Source: Clostridia bacterium (GTDB taxonomy: Bacteria > Bacillota > Clostridia > Oscillospirales > CAG-382). From it: a stretch of DNA of 64,000 nt. Position numbers and translations under genes: made by a program. Where the stretch lies: assembly GCA_017434845.1 (NCBI GenBank), contig JAFSGD010000017.1, positions 3,121 through 67,120 on the forward strand. The letters are read 5' to 3'. Of this stretch, positions 7,879-17,383 are shown in pieces. Positions within the stretch are counted from its first letter, which is position 1, and every line of letters begins with the position of its first letter. Under the pieces are notes generated by a model that saw nothing but the letters and a program-made list of their open reading frames with translations, had not been told where the DNA came from and did not search any database.

Positions 7879-9008
7879 ACAAGTTCGATAAGCTTTTCCT
7901 TTTCGTTTTCGACTTCGCCGAGAAGAACGGAATTCAGCAGAGCGTTCAGCACTTTGCCGATATCCTTGCCTTTTATTCCAAGCGAAATAAGGTCGAAGCC
8001 TTTTACCGCCAAATCCTTTAAAAACAGGCATTCGCCCGAGGAAAGCAGTTTTTCGGTTTGTTTTTCGTTATCTTCGCCGAAGAGCGCTCGGCGATATGAG
8101 GCAACTAAAAGCGAATTTTCTTCACCGAGCGAGGAAATATATTGTTTAAGCGCGGGCAGAGTGCTCGGTATCGGCTTTGATTCGACAAGCAACTTACATC
8201 TGCGCTTAGTCTCGTTATCGGCACGAAGGCGAGAAAGCGATTCGATCACACCTTTGCCGCAAAGGCAGGTTAGGCGCATTGCGAAATCGGGTGGCAGAAG
8301 CGAAAGGCTTTTTGGCGAGCCCGACACGGTTAAAACCTGCTCAAGCACGGGCAGATAATTATTTACCACCGCTTGCGAGTTCTCGCCGCAAAGCGTTTTT
8401 TTAAGCTCGGTCAGGATGCGCTCGGGCGAAACGCTTGACAGCGTTTCCGAAAGGGCAAGAAGTGCGTTTGAGGTGTTTTCTTCGATTGAAAAGCCGAGCA
8501 CAGAAGCAAATCTTATTGCGCGCAGAATGCGCAATGCGTCCTCCGAAAAACGTTTTGCGGGATCGCCGACGGCACGAATTATTCGATTTTTAATGTCTTC
8601 GGCTCCGCCGAAAAGATCGATCAGCCCATCTTGCGGAGAAAAGGCAAGCGCGTTTACCGTGAAATCGCGGCGGGCAAGGTCTTCGTTAAGGCAACGCACG
8701 AAAGAGACCGAATCGGGATGGCGCGAATCGGAATATTGCGATTCGACGCGATAGGTTGTTATTTCATAGGGCTTATGATCGAGAACGACGGTTACGGTCC
8801 CATGCTTGATGCCCGTTTCGATAACGCTTTGAGAGGAAAAGACCTTTTTGGTTTCTTCTGGCAGAGCCGAGGAGGCGATATCAAAATCGGACACTTCCCT
8901 GCCGAGAAGGCTATCGCGCACGGCACCGCCGACGGCATGGGCGGAAAATCCCGCGGAAACGAGCTTGGATATGAGATATTCGGTGTTTTTATCAAGCTTT
9001 ATCTGCAT
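7860..9008 (-). CDS. cca: CCA-adding tRNA nucleotidyltransferase
   Basis: GGAVRDSLLGREVSDFDIAS (Pol-beta NTase motif) and RDFTVNALA. Start moved to MQIKLDK (ATG 9008), which has GGAGAAGG upstream. Confidence 0.85.
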   Translation of the reverse strand: MQIKLDKNTEYLISKLVSAGFSAHAVGGAVRDSLLGREVSDFDIASSALPEETKKVFSSQSVIETGIKHGTVTVVLDHKPYEITTYRVESQYSDSRHPDSVSFVRCLNEDLARRDFTVNALAFSPQDGLIDLFGGAEDIKNRIIRAVGDPAKRFSEDALRILRAIRFASVLGFSIEENTSNALLALSETLSSVSPERILTELKKTLCGENSQAVVNNYLPVLEQVLTVSGSPKSLSLLPPDFAMRLTCLCGKGVIESLSRLRADNETKRRCKLLVESKPIPSTLPALKQYISSLGEENSLLVASYRRALFGEDNEKQTEKLLSSGECLFLKDLAVKGFDLISLGIKGKDIGKVLNALLNSVLLGEVENEKEKLIELVKNAVL

Positions 9009-9109
9009 TGCCTTCTCCTTGATTTTTTTATATAATATCACAAGGAATTTTTATTTTCAATATGCATTTAACCCCAAAGACGTCAATATTATGTTATGGG
9101 GTGAAGAAA

Positions 9110-10420
9110 ATGAGGAAGTTGATCATAGTTTTTATGGCGGTTTTATTCTTAACTGCCTGCACGGCGGATGCAGAGACAATTCACGGGACAAGCCATGCGC
9201 CCGAAAAAGAGCATTACGCGTTTTTTTCGGTTTCGAGGGTTGAGTTTAAGAGCGATGCGGAATCGGACGTTGGGCTTGAAGAAGAAAGCAAGGCGAGCGA
9301 AAGCATGAAGGCGATTTGGGTTTCGCAATTTGACATGAAGCCGTTATACCGCAACGGAACCAAGCAAAGAGACGAAGCCGATTACAGAAGCAGGGTTGAA
9401 GCAATGACGGCAAACCTTACGCGAGACGGATTCAACACTGTTTTTTTGCAGGTTCGTCCAAACGGCGACAGCATGTATGAAAGCGAATTTTATCCGCTTT
9501 CGCGATACGTTGCGGGCAGCTACGGCGGAAGCATAAGCTATGATGCGATTGAAATATATCTTGAGATCGCAAAGAAAAACGGAATATCGGTGCACGCATG
9601 GATAAACCCGTTCAGGCTTTGTGAGGAGGGCGAGCTGAAAAACGCGTTCGGAAGGCTGAAGGAATGGTCAGCCGATATCGGCGGCAGGATAAAGCTCGGA
9701 AGCAACGGCGTTTATTATCTTGATCCCTCTTATGAGGAGGCGACCGAGCTGATCGTTGACGGTGCGACCGAAATACTTGAAAAATACGATTTTGACGGAA
9801 TACACATCGACGATTATTTTTACCCGACCGAATTTGATCTTGACGACGAGGCGGAATTTAAAAGCAGTGGTTACACCGACAAGGGAGAATTCAGGCGCGA
9901 TAACGTCAGCCGAACCGTGAAGGCGCTTTACGATGCGGTTCACGGGTTTGAAGGAAAGGTTTTCGGCATATCGCCTGCGGGAAACATTACCTCTCTGCCG
10001 AAGAAATGGCATGCGGATATTTACGTTTGGCTTGAAAACGACGGATACACCGATTATATTCTGCCTCAGCTTTATTTTGGGTTTGAGAACGCGGTATGCC
10101 CGTTTGAGCGAACGCTTGAAAAATGGGAAGCGGCGGTCAAAAACGAAAATATAACGCTTTACATCGGGCTTTCTGCGGCGAAATGCGCCGTTGGAAGCAA
10201 GGGCGGTGAGGACAAATATGCCGGCGAGGCAGGCAAATACGAATGGCGGGATAACAAGGATATTCTTGTGCGCTCGCTTGAAGCCATCAACAGCTCTTCT
10301 GCCGACGGTGTTTGCATTTTCACTTATTCTTCGTTTTACAGCACAACAACGGGAGAACGGAATTCCTTAACGCTTGAGGAAGCAACCTCTTTTATTGAAT
10401 TACTGAAAAAAAGCGAATAA
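9110..10420 (+). CDS. Glycoside hydrolase-like 10 (GHL10/YngK-type) lipoprotein
   Basis: MRKLIIVFMAVLFLTAC lipobox. IWVSQFD, VFLQVRP and HAWINPF fit the GHL10 TIM-barrel family as I recall it. Confidence 0.7.
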   Translation: MRKLIIVFMAVLFLTACTADAETIHGTSHAPEKEHYAFFSVSRVEFKSDAESDVGLEEESKASESMKAIWVSQFDMKPLYRNGTKQRDEADYRSRVEAMTANLTRDGFNTVFLQVRPNGDSMYESEFYPLSRYVAGSYGGSISYDAIEIYLEIAKKNGISVHAWINPFRLCEEGELKNAFGRLKEWSADIGGRIKLGSNGVYYLDPSYEEATELIVDGATEILEKYDFDGIHIDDYFYPTEFDLDDEAEFKSSGYTDKGEFRRDNVSRTVKALYDAVHGFEGKVFGISPAGNITSLPKKWHADIYVWLENDGYTDYILPQLYFGFENAVCPFERTLEKWEAAVKNENITLYIGLSAAKCAVGSKGGEDKYAGEAGKYEWRDNKDILVRSLEAINSSSADGVCIFTYSSFYSTTTGERNSLTLEEATSFIELLKKSE

Positions 10421-10421
10421 T

Positions 10422-10457
10422 AAAAAACAGCCGAGGTTATTTACCTCGGCTTATTTT
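10422..10457. terminator. Bidirectional terminator
   Basis: AGCCGAGGT...ACCTCGGCT hairpin between an A run and a T-rich run, placed between convergent genes. Confidence 0.7.
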
Positions 10458-10465
10458 GATACGGA

Positions 10466-10849
10466 TTATTTATTAAGCTTTGCATTGGTTTTTTCGGTGA
10501 AGCGTTCGGAAAGAACGATAAATCGTTCGTGGGTTCCCTCTCCGATAACGCCGCATTCATCGGATGCGGTTACGTTGAAAACCAGCTTTCTTCCGTCGCG
10601 CTCGATCAGCTTTGCGGTTGCGGAAACGTTCATGCCGACAGGAGTTGCGGCAAGATGCTTTACGGCAAGATAGGTTCCGACAGAGGTTTCGCCCTCGGAA
10701 AGCAGAGGACTTACTGCAACGCAAGCCGCTTTTTCGATAAGCGCCAGCATCGCGGGGGTTGCATAAACGGGCAGGCTTCCGCTTCCGACAGAAGCGGCGG
10801 TTTTTTCGGGGGTTACGGTTTCGTTTACGGTTGCGGTCATATTATCCAT
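10466..10849 (-). CDS. Hotdog-fold thioesterase (FlK-like family)
   Basis: 127 aa. VGSGSLPVYATPAMLALIE...TSVGTYLAVKHLAATPVG...GTHERFIV fits the small thioesterase family (recollection). Overlaps the GH20 stop. Confidence 0.65.
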   Translation of the reverse strand: MDNMTATVNETVTPEKTAASVGSGSLPVYATPAMLALIEKAACVAVSPLLSEGETSVGTYLAVKHLAATPVGMNVSATAKLIERDGRKLVFNVTASDECGVIGEGTHERFIVLSERFTEKTNAKLNK

Positions 10850-13640
10850 TTTTATTTTTCCTTTTTTTGATTATTATAAACGCCGTAGCGGCTATTGCAA
10901 CGCCTGCGGCAAGACCGCCGAGCAGAGGAACGAGCAGTTCGTTATCCCCGCTTTCGGGCTCGGATACGTTGGATTCCTCCTCGGGCCGAGAAGCCTCGGG
11001 CTCGGGGGCGTTGAGGATTTCGTTAAGCTTGTTATAAAGCGCTTCGGCGTTGGGGCGATATACGTTGACACTGTCGAGATAACGCGAAAGCTCGTTTACC
11101 GAGGTGCGGATATCGCTTCTGCGCGGATCATCCTTTGAAATCGTTGAAAGCGCGTTCTGCGCGGTCAAGACAAGCTTTTCATAGCGCTCCATATCGGAGG
11201 AAAATACACGGAATTCGCAGATTCCGCCGCTGTAATGGGTGTTCCATTCGCTGTGATACCAGCGCTTTAGCTGAACGTATTTAACGTAGCGCGCGTTTAT
11301 CGGCTCATTAAGATTTATCGTGTCGGTTACCGAAACGCGTTCTTCACCGCCCGTCAGCTTATATGCCGAAACGAAATCGGTTCCGTTTTCCGAAAGCATT
11401 ATTTCATATTCGCTTACGTGCTCCTGAAACATTATTTCGATTCGCGAAACGGAATAAACGCCGCCGAGGTCGACAAGCATCCATTGCTCATCTTTGTCGC
11501 GGGCGAAGGAAACGCGCGAGCGTTCGATGCCGTCAAGCGCAAGATCGGGCGTGAAGCGTCCGTCATTCACTTCGAGACCCGAAACGGTTGCTTCGGCATT
11601 AAGCGCAATGTTGCGGTTAACTATAAGCTTTTCGGGTTCGAGCGCGGTTGTTGTTACCTTGATATTATCGATCGCGCCCTTGACGCCCAAGCCGATGGTT
11701 TCAAGCGGAACCGTTAGCGAAACGAGCCTTGTTCCCGACGGATTAAGGCTGTTGTAGGGGTCGTAGCAGAATTCGTCGTTAACGATAAGAACCGTGTGCT
11801 TGCCGTTTGAGGTAAGGCAGAGCTTTACCTTATCGCCGAGCGGGATCTTATAATCATAAGTAAAGGTATATTCCTCGGTTTTAAAACCGAATTTGCCGCT
11901 TCCGTCGGCATCGGCGTATATGGCTATTCCGTCGCCGGAGAAGAGAGGCGAGGTCGGAAGTTCATCGAGCCTGAGCTCGAACTCAAGCGTATTCGGGAAG
12001 CCAAGCGCCTTTATGGGAAGCGAAAGACTCGTTTGACCATCGAGCAGGAGCTCGCCGTTTTCAAGCTTGCCGCCGTTTTGGGTTACATATTCGGGGAGAA
12101 CGCCGTTTTCAAAGTCGATAACTATTTCTTCGGCGGGAATTTCATGTCTGCCCGGATCGGAATCGCCCGAACGGAGCGAAAGGCGCTCGAAGCGATCGAG
12201 AAAACCGTTAACGCTCATGCTTGCGGTATCGAGTCCGCACCAGGTTTTTTCGGAGATAAGGCAGGTCATTCCGCGCAGGCGGTCGAAGATATCATGGCGG
12301 GTTACGCCTATCTTACTTCCCTGCAGGTCGTTCCAAAGCGCGAAGCAGGCGCCGAGAAGGCGTTCGTCGTTGGGGTCCATCTTTGCTTCGCCCGCGAGGT
12401 CAAACATATGCACCTGCCACATTGTATAAAGCTTTTCGAGATCGTAATAATCGGGAAAATCATAGTTGGTTGTAGGCACGGTATATAAGATCATATTGAC
12501 CGTATTTACAACCTCATAGTTGCTTGCAAGCACCTCGTTGATTCCCGAGATGCCTATATCCCAGAAATTAATTTGTGCTTTTTCGGAAATCGGAGTGTCG
12601 CCTTGGAATCCGTTGGGACCAAAGCCCGCCCAGAAGCGAGGTGTGTAGCCGCGGGAATTGATATGCTCTATCAGCGCGTTTGTATAAGCACGCATATCCT
12701 CGGAATATTCGCGGGGATATTCATCGGTGCCGATATGAACGACCTTATTGACGAAAACGGGGTCTTCGCCCGTTATATATTCGTCAAACAGATTTTTAAC
12801 GAACTCGAGCGTTTCGGGCTTTGAAATATCGAGACAACGGTTGTTTTCGGGAAGATGAGGGGGCGGATTATCGGCGGATTGATAGCAACCCGAATGGAAT
12901 GGCGTGTCGATCTCGGTAACGACGGCAATGCCGTATTCGAGCATCCGCTTTTGATAAGCACGGTATTCATCCTTCGTGTAACAGCCGTCCTTTGCGGAAA
13001 GACCCGCGACGTTGCTTTCCAAGCGGAACGCGGAATAGTTATTGGTGCTGTCGTCGTTGATGTGAAGATGGACCTCGTTAAGCTTAAACCAAGCCATATA
13101 TTTGGTTATCTCTTCAACATAATCGAGCGGTATCCACGCTCTGCCGACGTCGATCATTCCCGAGCGGGTGGAATAGGCGGGATAGTCGATTGCCGTTCCG
13201 CAGGGGAAAAAGCCCGAGGCGTGAACGCTTTGCGCAACCGTAATGCCGCCATAAAGCAGACCCTTATCGGTAGGAGCTGAAACGGTTATTATCGATTCAT
13301 CGGCTATGATCTTATAGCCCTCTTCGCCGACAGACGAAAGAAGTGATTCGTCAAGCTCGAAAATTATTGCGTTTTCGCTTTTGTTTTCGAAAGAAAGCGA
13401 AACCGACAAGCCGAGATAATCGGAAAAGAACACGGCGACCTTTTCGACGGAATAAGACGACGCCTTGTTCACAAGAACGGTTGAGTTATCGGGAATAAAT
13501 TTTCCGTTTGTTCCCTGCCAATCACGAATAGCGGGGATTACCAAGGGGGCGGAATTCTCCTGCGAGGCGGCCGCCGCAAGCGGAATACCGCCAACGGTCA
13601 TCAGCAATGCGGAAAGGATCGATACGATGCGTTTCAGCAT
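10842..13640 (-). CDS. Secreted, membrane-anchored GH20 beta-N-acetylhexosaminidase with F5/8 type C (discoidin) domain
   Basis: Signal peptide present. LNEVHLHINDDS and HIGTDEY are GH20 catalytic-region motifs. Discoidin-like EQWMLVDLGGVYSVSRIEI. C-terminal TM LLVPLLGGLAAGVAIAATAFIII followed by KKRKNK. Confidence 0.85.
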   Translation of the reverse strand: MLKRIVSILSALLMTVGGIPLAAAASQENSAPLVIPAIRDWQGTNGKFIPDNSTVLVNKASSYSVEKVAVFFSDYLGLSVSLSFENKSENAIIFELDESLLSSVGEEGYKIIADESIITVSAPTDKGLLYGGITVAQSVHASGFFPCGTAIDYPAYSTRSGMIDVGRAWIPLDYVEEITKYMAWFKLNEVHLHINDDSTNNYSAFRLESNVAGLSAKDGCYTKDEYRAYQKRMLEYGIAVVTEIDTPFHSGCYQSADNPPPHLPENNRCLDISKPETLEFVKNLFDEYITGEDPVFVNKVVHIGTDEYPREYSEDMRAYTNALIEHINSRGYTPRFWAGFGPNGFQGDTPISEKAQINFWDIGISGINEVLASNYEVVNTVNMILYTVPTTNYDFPDYYDLEKLYTMWQVHMFDLAGEAKMDPNDERLLGACFALWNDLQGSKIGVTRHDIFDRLRGMTCLISEKTWCGLDTASMSVNGFLDRFERLSLRSGDSDPGRHEIPAEEIVIDFENGVLPEYVTQNGGKLENGELLLDGQTSLSLPIKALGFPNTLEFELRLDELPTSPLFSGDGIAIYADADGSGKFGFKTEEYTFTYDYKIPLGDKVKLCLTSNGKHTVLIVNDEFCYDPYNSLNPSGTRLVSLTVPLETIGLGVKGAIDNIKVTTTALEPEKLIVNRNIALNAEATVSGLEVNDGRFTPDLALDGIERSRVSFARDKDEQWMLVDLGGVYSVSRIEIMFQEHVSEYEIMLSENGTDFVSAYKLTGGEERVSVTDTINLNEPINARYVKYVQLKRWYHSEWNTHYSGGICEFRVFSSDMERYEKLVLTAQNALSTISKDDPRRSDIRTSVNELSRYLDSVNVYRPNAEALYNKLNEILNAPEPEASRPEEESNVSEPESGDNELLVPLLGGLAAGVAIAATAFIIIKKRKNKNG

Positions 13641-13718
13641 GGTTTTTCTCCTTTTATGAATTTATTTCACATTCATATAGTAGCATAATAAATATTTCGT
13701 GTCAATAACGCAAGGGGA

Positions 13719-13747
13719 TTGAAAAGCTTTTAATTTTTTGATATAAT
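13719..13747 (+). promoter_or_regulatory. Sigma-70-type promoter for the pncA-like gene
   Basis: TTGAAA (13719-13724), 17 nt, TATAAT (13742-13747). Confidence 0.55.
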
Positions 13748-13778
13748 CAAAACAAATAATTATTAAGGGTGGACCGCA

Positions 13779-14300
13779 ATGGAAAGAATTCTTATTGTTG
13801 TTGATATACAAAACGATTTTGTTGATTGCTCGCTCGGAACAAAAGAGGCTCAGGAGATTATTGAACCCGCTTGTGAAAAAATAAAGAGCTTTGACGGGCA
13901 TATTTTCGTTACCCTCGACACGCACGGCGAGAATTATCTTGAAACTGCAGAGGGCAGAAAGCTTCCCGTTGAGCATTGCATTAAAGGCACGAAGGGCTTT
14001 GAACTGAACGAAAGGATCGCTTCGGTGCTTAACGGAAAAGACGTTACCGTTGTTGAAAAGCCTTCTTTTGGGTCGCTTGAGCTTCCAAGGCTGATAAGGG
14101 AGCGCTTCGGCGACGATATTGCCGTTGAAATGATTGGGCTTTGCACCGATATTTGCGTTATTTCGAACGCGCTTATTTTAAAAGCCAACTTCCCCGAAGC
14201 CGAAATCTCGGTTATTGAAGGCTGTTGTGCGGGCGTTACCCCCGAAAAGCACAAAGCCGCCTTGGAAACCATGAAAAGCTGTCAGATAAACGTTATTTAG
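13779..14300 (+). CDS. pncA: Cysteine hydrolase / isochorismatase family (nicotinamidase-like)
   Basis: ILIVVDIQNDF, TLDTH and GLCTDICV (catalytic Cys) motifs. Confidence 0.8.
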   Translation: MERILIVVDIQNDFVDCSLGTKEAQEIIEPACEKIKSFDGHIFVTLDTHGENYLETAEGRKLPVEHCIKGTKGFELNERIASVLNGKDVTVVEKPSFGSLELPRLIRERFGDDIAVEMIGLCTDICVISNALILKANFPEAEISVIEGCCAGVTPEKHKAALETMKSCQINVI

Positions 14301-14412
14301 CAAAAGCGGCACGGCAGACAGGGATATATAATTATTTTGAAAGAAAGTTAAAGGCTTCGCGGGCAAATGATCTGCCCGCGAAAATTTTTTTTATTTTTTT
14401 TCGAAAAAGGTA

Positions 14413-14441
14413 TTGACAAATTTGGTTGGTAGTTATAAACT
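14413..14441 (+). promoter_or_regulatory. Promoter of the blaI/blaR1-like operon
   Basis: TTGACA 14413-14418, then TATAAA (15-nt spacer) or TAAACT (17-nt spacer). TTGGTTGGT direct repeats at 14422 and 14471. Confidence 0.5.
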
Positions 14442-14555
14442 TATAGCGAGGTTGGCGGTTGCAAACCTAATTGGTTGGTTTTTACAAACCGTACTGCTTG
14501 CAAGCGTGCATTCCGCCGCCCGTGTGCACACAACAAAATGAAAGAGGATTGTTTT

Positions 14556-14918
14556 ATGGATTCGATGAAGCTTTGCGAAAGCGATTACAGATTTATGAGC
14601 GTTATTTGGGACAACGAGCCCGTTCCCTCGGGAAAGCTTGTTGAGCTTTGCGCCGAAAGACTCGGCTGGAAGAAGCCCACGACCTATACAACGCTTAAGA
14701 AGCTTTGCGAAAAGGGTTTTGCTCAGAATAAGGATACCATAGTTACCTCGCTTATTCCGCGTGAACAGGTTCAAACCTTTGCGAGCGAGCATTTCGTCGA
14801 ACACACCTTCGGCGGTTCTCTGCCCCGTTTTCTCGTTACGTTTTTGGGCGGAAAGACCATTTCGGAGGAGGAAGCCGAGGAGCTGAAGCGTTTGATCGAC
14901 GAGCACAAGGAGGTTTAA
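14556..14918 (+). CDS. BlaI/MecI/CopY family transcriptional repressor
   Basis: Start moved to MDSMKL (ATG 14556, AGAGGA upstream). SDYRFMSVIWDNEPVPSGKLVE...TTYTTLKKLCEKGF is a winged-helix Penicillinase_R pattern. Confidence 0.85.
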   Translation: MDSMKLCESDYRFMSVIWDNEPVPSGKLVELCAERLGWKKPTTYTTLKKLCEKGFAQNKDTIVTSLIPREQVQTFASEHFVEHTFGGSLPRFLVTFLGGKTISEEEAEELKRLIDEHKEV

Positions 14919-14921
14919 GGT

Positions 14922-16601
14922 ATGGTAGAGCTTTTCAACACCATACTGCAAATGAGCCTTAATGCAGCGATAGTTATTATCGTTGTTCTTATCATGCGCT
15001 GTCTGCTTTGGAAAGCGCCCAAGCGTTTTTCTTATCTTTTGTGGGCGGTTGTCGGGTTCAGACTTTGCTGTCCCATAAGCTTTAGCTCGCGCTTTAGCAT
15101 TTTTTCGCTCACACAGCCCGATGCACCCAAGCTTCCAAACAACGGAGGCGACATAGTTTTGAACAATAGCGATCTCGGCGGAGGTGTAAGCGCGCTCGAC
15201 CGCCTTGCCGGCACGGGCGGCACTGCCGTTGAGCCGATCGTTCAGCCGACCGATTGGATCGACGTGTTCAACACCGTTGTTATGATACTTTGGTTTATCG
15301 GCGCGATCGTGGTGCTCGGTTATGCGTTTTTCTCTTATTTCAAGGTGAGACGCATGATGAGCAACGCGGTTTTGCTTGAGAAAAACGTTTATATGTCCGA
15401 CAGAGTCAGTTCTCCCTTTACGCTTGGTTTTATCAAACCGAAAATTTATATTCCCTTTGGACTCGACGGCGCAACCTGCGAGCAGATACTTGAGCATGAG
15501 CGCTGTCATATACGAAGGCTCGACCATATCGTTAAGCCGCTCGCTTTTCTTATTCTTGCGGTGCATTGGTTCAACCCGTTTTGCTGGGTGGCATTTAAGC
15601 TTATGAGCCTTGATATGGAATTGAGCTGTGATGAAAACGTTCTTAAACGAAAAGGAGACGAAGCTATGAAGAAGAACTATTCCAGAGCTCTGCTTTCCTT
15701 CGCTTCCAACAAGCGTTTCCCTGCCCCGAGCCCTATTGCTTTCAGCGAAAGCAACGGAAACGCAAAGAAGCGCATTAAGCACGCTCTTAATTTTAAGAAG
15801 CCCAGATTTTACGTTAACGTTATTTGCTGTTTGCTTTGTGTTTTTGTGCTTGCCGCCTGCGGTGCCGATGCATCTATACCGGAGTGGCAGGAGGTTAAAA
15901 CCGAGGTTTTCGGCGAAAATCCCTATAACTTCGTTTTTGTGAGCAACGGAAACGGAAGCTGTTATATCTCGGAAATAAGAATCGACAAGGATTATGACGG
16001 CACAATCACGCTTGTTATTCCCGAGAAAGCGCCCAACGGCGACACCGTTACCGAAATCAGAGGCTGTGGATTCGACGGCGAAAACGCGCACAAGAATCTG
16101 CCCGTATTTATTTCCGAGGATGATTTTAACGGAATTATCGATTATATTTCTTCCTACGGAAGCGAAAACGGAGGCGTAAGAGACTCGAAAATATTCGCGT
16201 CGTTTTATTTGCTTAAAAACGCAAACGGAGTTAACTATTATGAGCTTGAACCCCTGCTGAGTGCCGATGAAAGACTTCGCCTTTCGGAATTGCTTTTCAA
16301 ATACGGCTTTGATGCCAACGATTGCTATGAATTCACAAACACATTCGTTGAGAGCCTTGACGAAAGCAAAAAGGAAGAAATGACCAGAAGCGCCTTTAAA
16401 TATCTTTATCTTGAAGGCGGAAAGATCACCGAAATACAGTTCCCCGAAAGCGTTATCAAGATCGGTTACGGTTCGTTTGCGGGCTGCGGTAATCTTGAAA
16501 GGGTTAGCGGACTTCGCGCAGAATGTGTTATCGAAAACCACAACGAAGACGGCAGTTGGGGTCTCAACACCGACCTTATGGTTGCTATAAATAACAAATA
16601 A
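14922..16601 (+). CDS. M56 (BlaR1-type) membrane metalloprotease with non-PBP C-terminal domain
   Basis: HERCHIRRLDH (HExxH) within the M56 TM region. A further TM VNVICCLLCVFVLAAC, then an extracytoplasmic domain with the LRR-like element GYGSFAGCGNLERV. Confidence 0.85.
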   Translation: MVELFNTILQMSLNAAIVIIVVLIMRCLLWKAPKRFSYLLWAVVGFRLCCPISFSSRFSIFSLTQPDAPKLPNNGGDIVLNNSDLGGGVSALDRLAGTGGTAVEPIVQPTDWIDVFNTVVMILWFIGAIVVLGYAFFSYFKVRRMMSNAVLLEKNVYMSDRVSSPFTLGFIKPKIYIPFGLDGATCEQILEHERCHIRRLDHIVKPLAFLILAVHWFNPFCWVAFKLMSLDMELSCDENVLKRKGDEAMKKNYSRALLSFASNKRFPAPSPIAFSESNGNAKKRIKHALNFKKPRFYVNVICCLLCVFVLAACGADASIPEWQEVKTEVFGENPYNFVFVSNGNGSCYISEIRIDKDYDGTITLVIPEKAPNGDTVTEIRGCGFDGENAHKNLPVFISEDDFNGIIDYISSYGSENGGVRDSKIFASFYLLKNANGVNYYELEPLLSADERLRLSELLFKYGFDANDCYEFTNTFVESLDESKKEEMTRSAFKYLYLEGGKITEIQFPESVIKIGYGSFAGCGNLERVSGLRAECVIENHNEDGSWGLNTDLMVAINNK

Positions 16602-16606
16602 GCATT

Positions 16607-16645
16607 AAAAAGGGACAGAGAAGATCACTTCTCTGTCCTTTTCAT
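16607..16645. terminator. Bidirectional terminator between blaR1-like and bfd-like genes
   Basis: AAGGGACAGAGAAG-atca-CTTCTCTGTCCTT, flanked by A and T runs. Confidence 0.75.
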
Positions 16646-16654
16646 TATGTTAGG

Positions 16655-16864
16655 TTATTCAGCCGAGGGAGCCATCATAAGCTCGGAGATGATATCGAGC
16701 ACCTTTTGATGACAGCCGCCGCAACCTGTGGAGCAATGAGTTATCATCTGAACACTGTTGAAGGCTTCGAGCACGTCGGAAAAGGAGGAGTGCTTATGCA
16801 AAGCGTCTTCTATATCGCCGTAGCTGACCTTCATACAATTACAAACCGTGTAGTTCTCTTTCAT
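16655..16864 (-). CDS. BFD-like [2Fe-2S]-binding domain protein
   Basis: 69 aa. CNCMKVSYGDIEDAL...CSTGCGGCH is the Cys pattern of the BFD-like domain. RBS GAGGT. Lies 21 nt downstream of dfx. Confidence 0.75.
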   Translation of the reverse strand: MKENYTVCNCMKVSYGDIEDALHKHSSFSDVLEAFNSVQMITHCSTGCGGCHQKVLDIISELMMAPSAE

Positions 16865-16885
16865 TTTCGGTTACCTCGTTTCTGA

Positions 16886-17269
16886 TCAGATGTCTGCTTT
16901 CCAAAGGCCGTGGAGATTGCAGTAAGCATAAACCGCGATCGGTTTTTCGTTTTCGGTAAGAGCAAAGATTACCGAAGGCGCACTGCCTGCAGAAAGGCAT
17001 TTGCGCTGACCGCCCTTATCGGTCTGAAGATATACCCAATTGATAAGGTGTTCTTCTGTCATGGGATGCTCAACCGAGCCGACGGTTACGGTTACGGTAT
17101 TGCCGTTAACGGATGCAACGGGAATATGCTTTTCTTTGCTGGCTTCAACAACGCCTGCCTCGAGAACAGACATTTTTTTGCCGCAACACATCATTGATAC
17201 GCCCGAAGCGTTTATCATACCTACAAGATTACCGCAGGTTTCGCATACATAGAACTTGGTTTCACACAT
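16886..17269 (-). CDS. dfx: Desulfoferrodoxin (superoxide reductase, 2Fe-SOR)
   Basis: N-terminal desulforedoxin CETCGN...CCGKKM. EKHIPV and CNLHGLW (centre II). Start set to ATG 17269 (GGAGG 8 nt upstream) rather than the TTG at 17284. Confidence 0.9.
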   Translation of the reverse strand: MCETKFYVCETCGNLVGMINASGVSMMCCGKKMSVLEAGVVEASKEKHIPVASVNGNTVTVTVGSVEHPMTEEHLINWVYLQTDKGGQRKCLSAGSAPSVIFALTENEKPIAVYAYCNLHGLWKADI

Positions 17270-17312
17270 TTTAGTAGCCTCCAAACATTTAATTAGGAAT
17301 ATTTCTTATTTG

Positions 17313-17349
17313 TTGTGATGATTATATCACACAAAAAAGCATTTGTAAA
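17313..17349 (-). promoter_or_regulatory. dfx promoter with overlapping TGTGAT-N6-ATCACA palindrome
   Basis: On the minus strand: TTTACA (17349-17344), 17 nt, TATAAT (17326-17321). The palindrome TTGTGATGATTATATCACAC (17313-17332) covers the -10. Confidence 0.5.
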
Positions 17350-17383
17350 GGGGTTTTGTTAAATTTATTGATAATTTTTCTTA

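Noticed and set aside
14433-16541. 702-aa ORF on the minus strand
   Set aside because: It is antisense to the blaI/blaR1-like genes, which carry clear family motifs (winged-helix repressor, HExxH M56). The minus-strand product is a low-complexity K/F/N/R-rich string with no motif or RBS.
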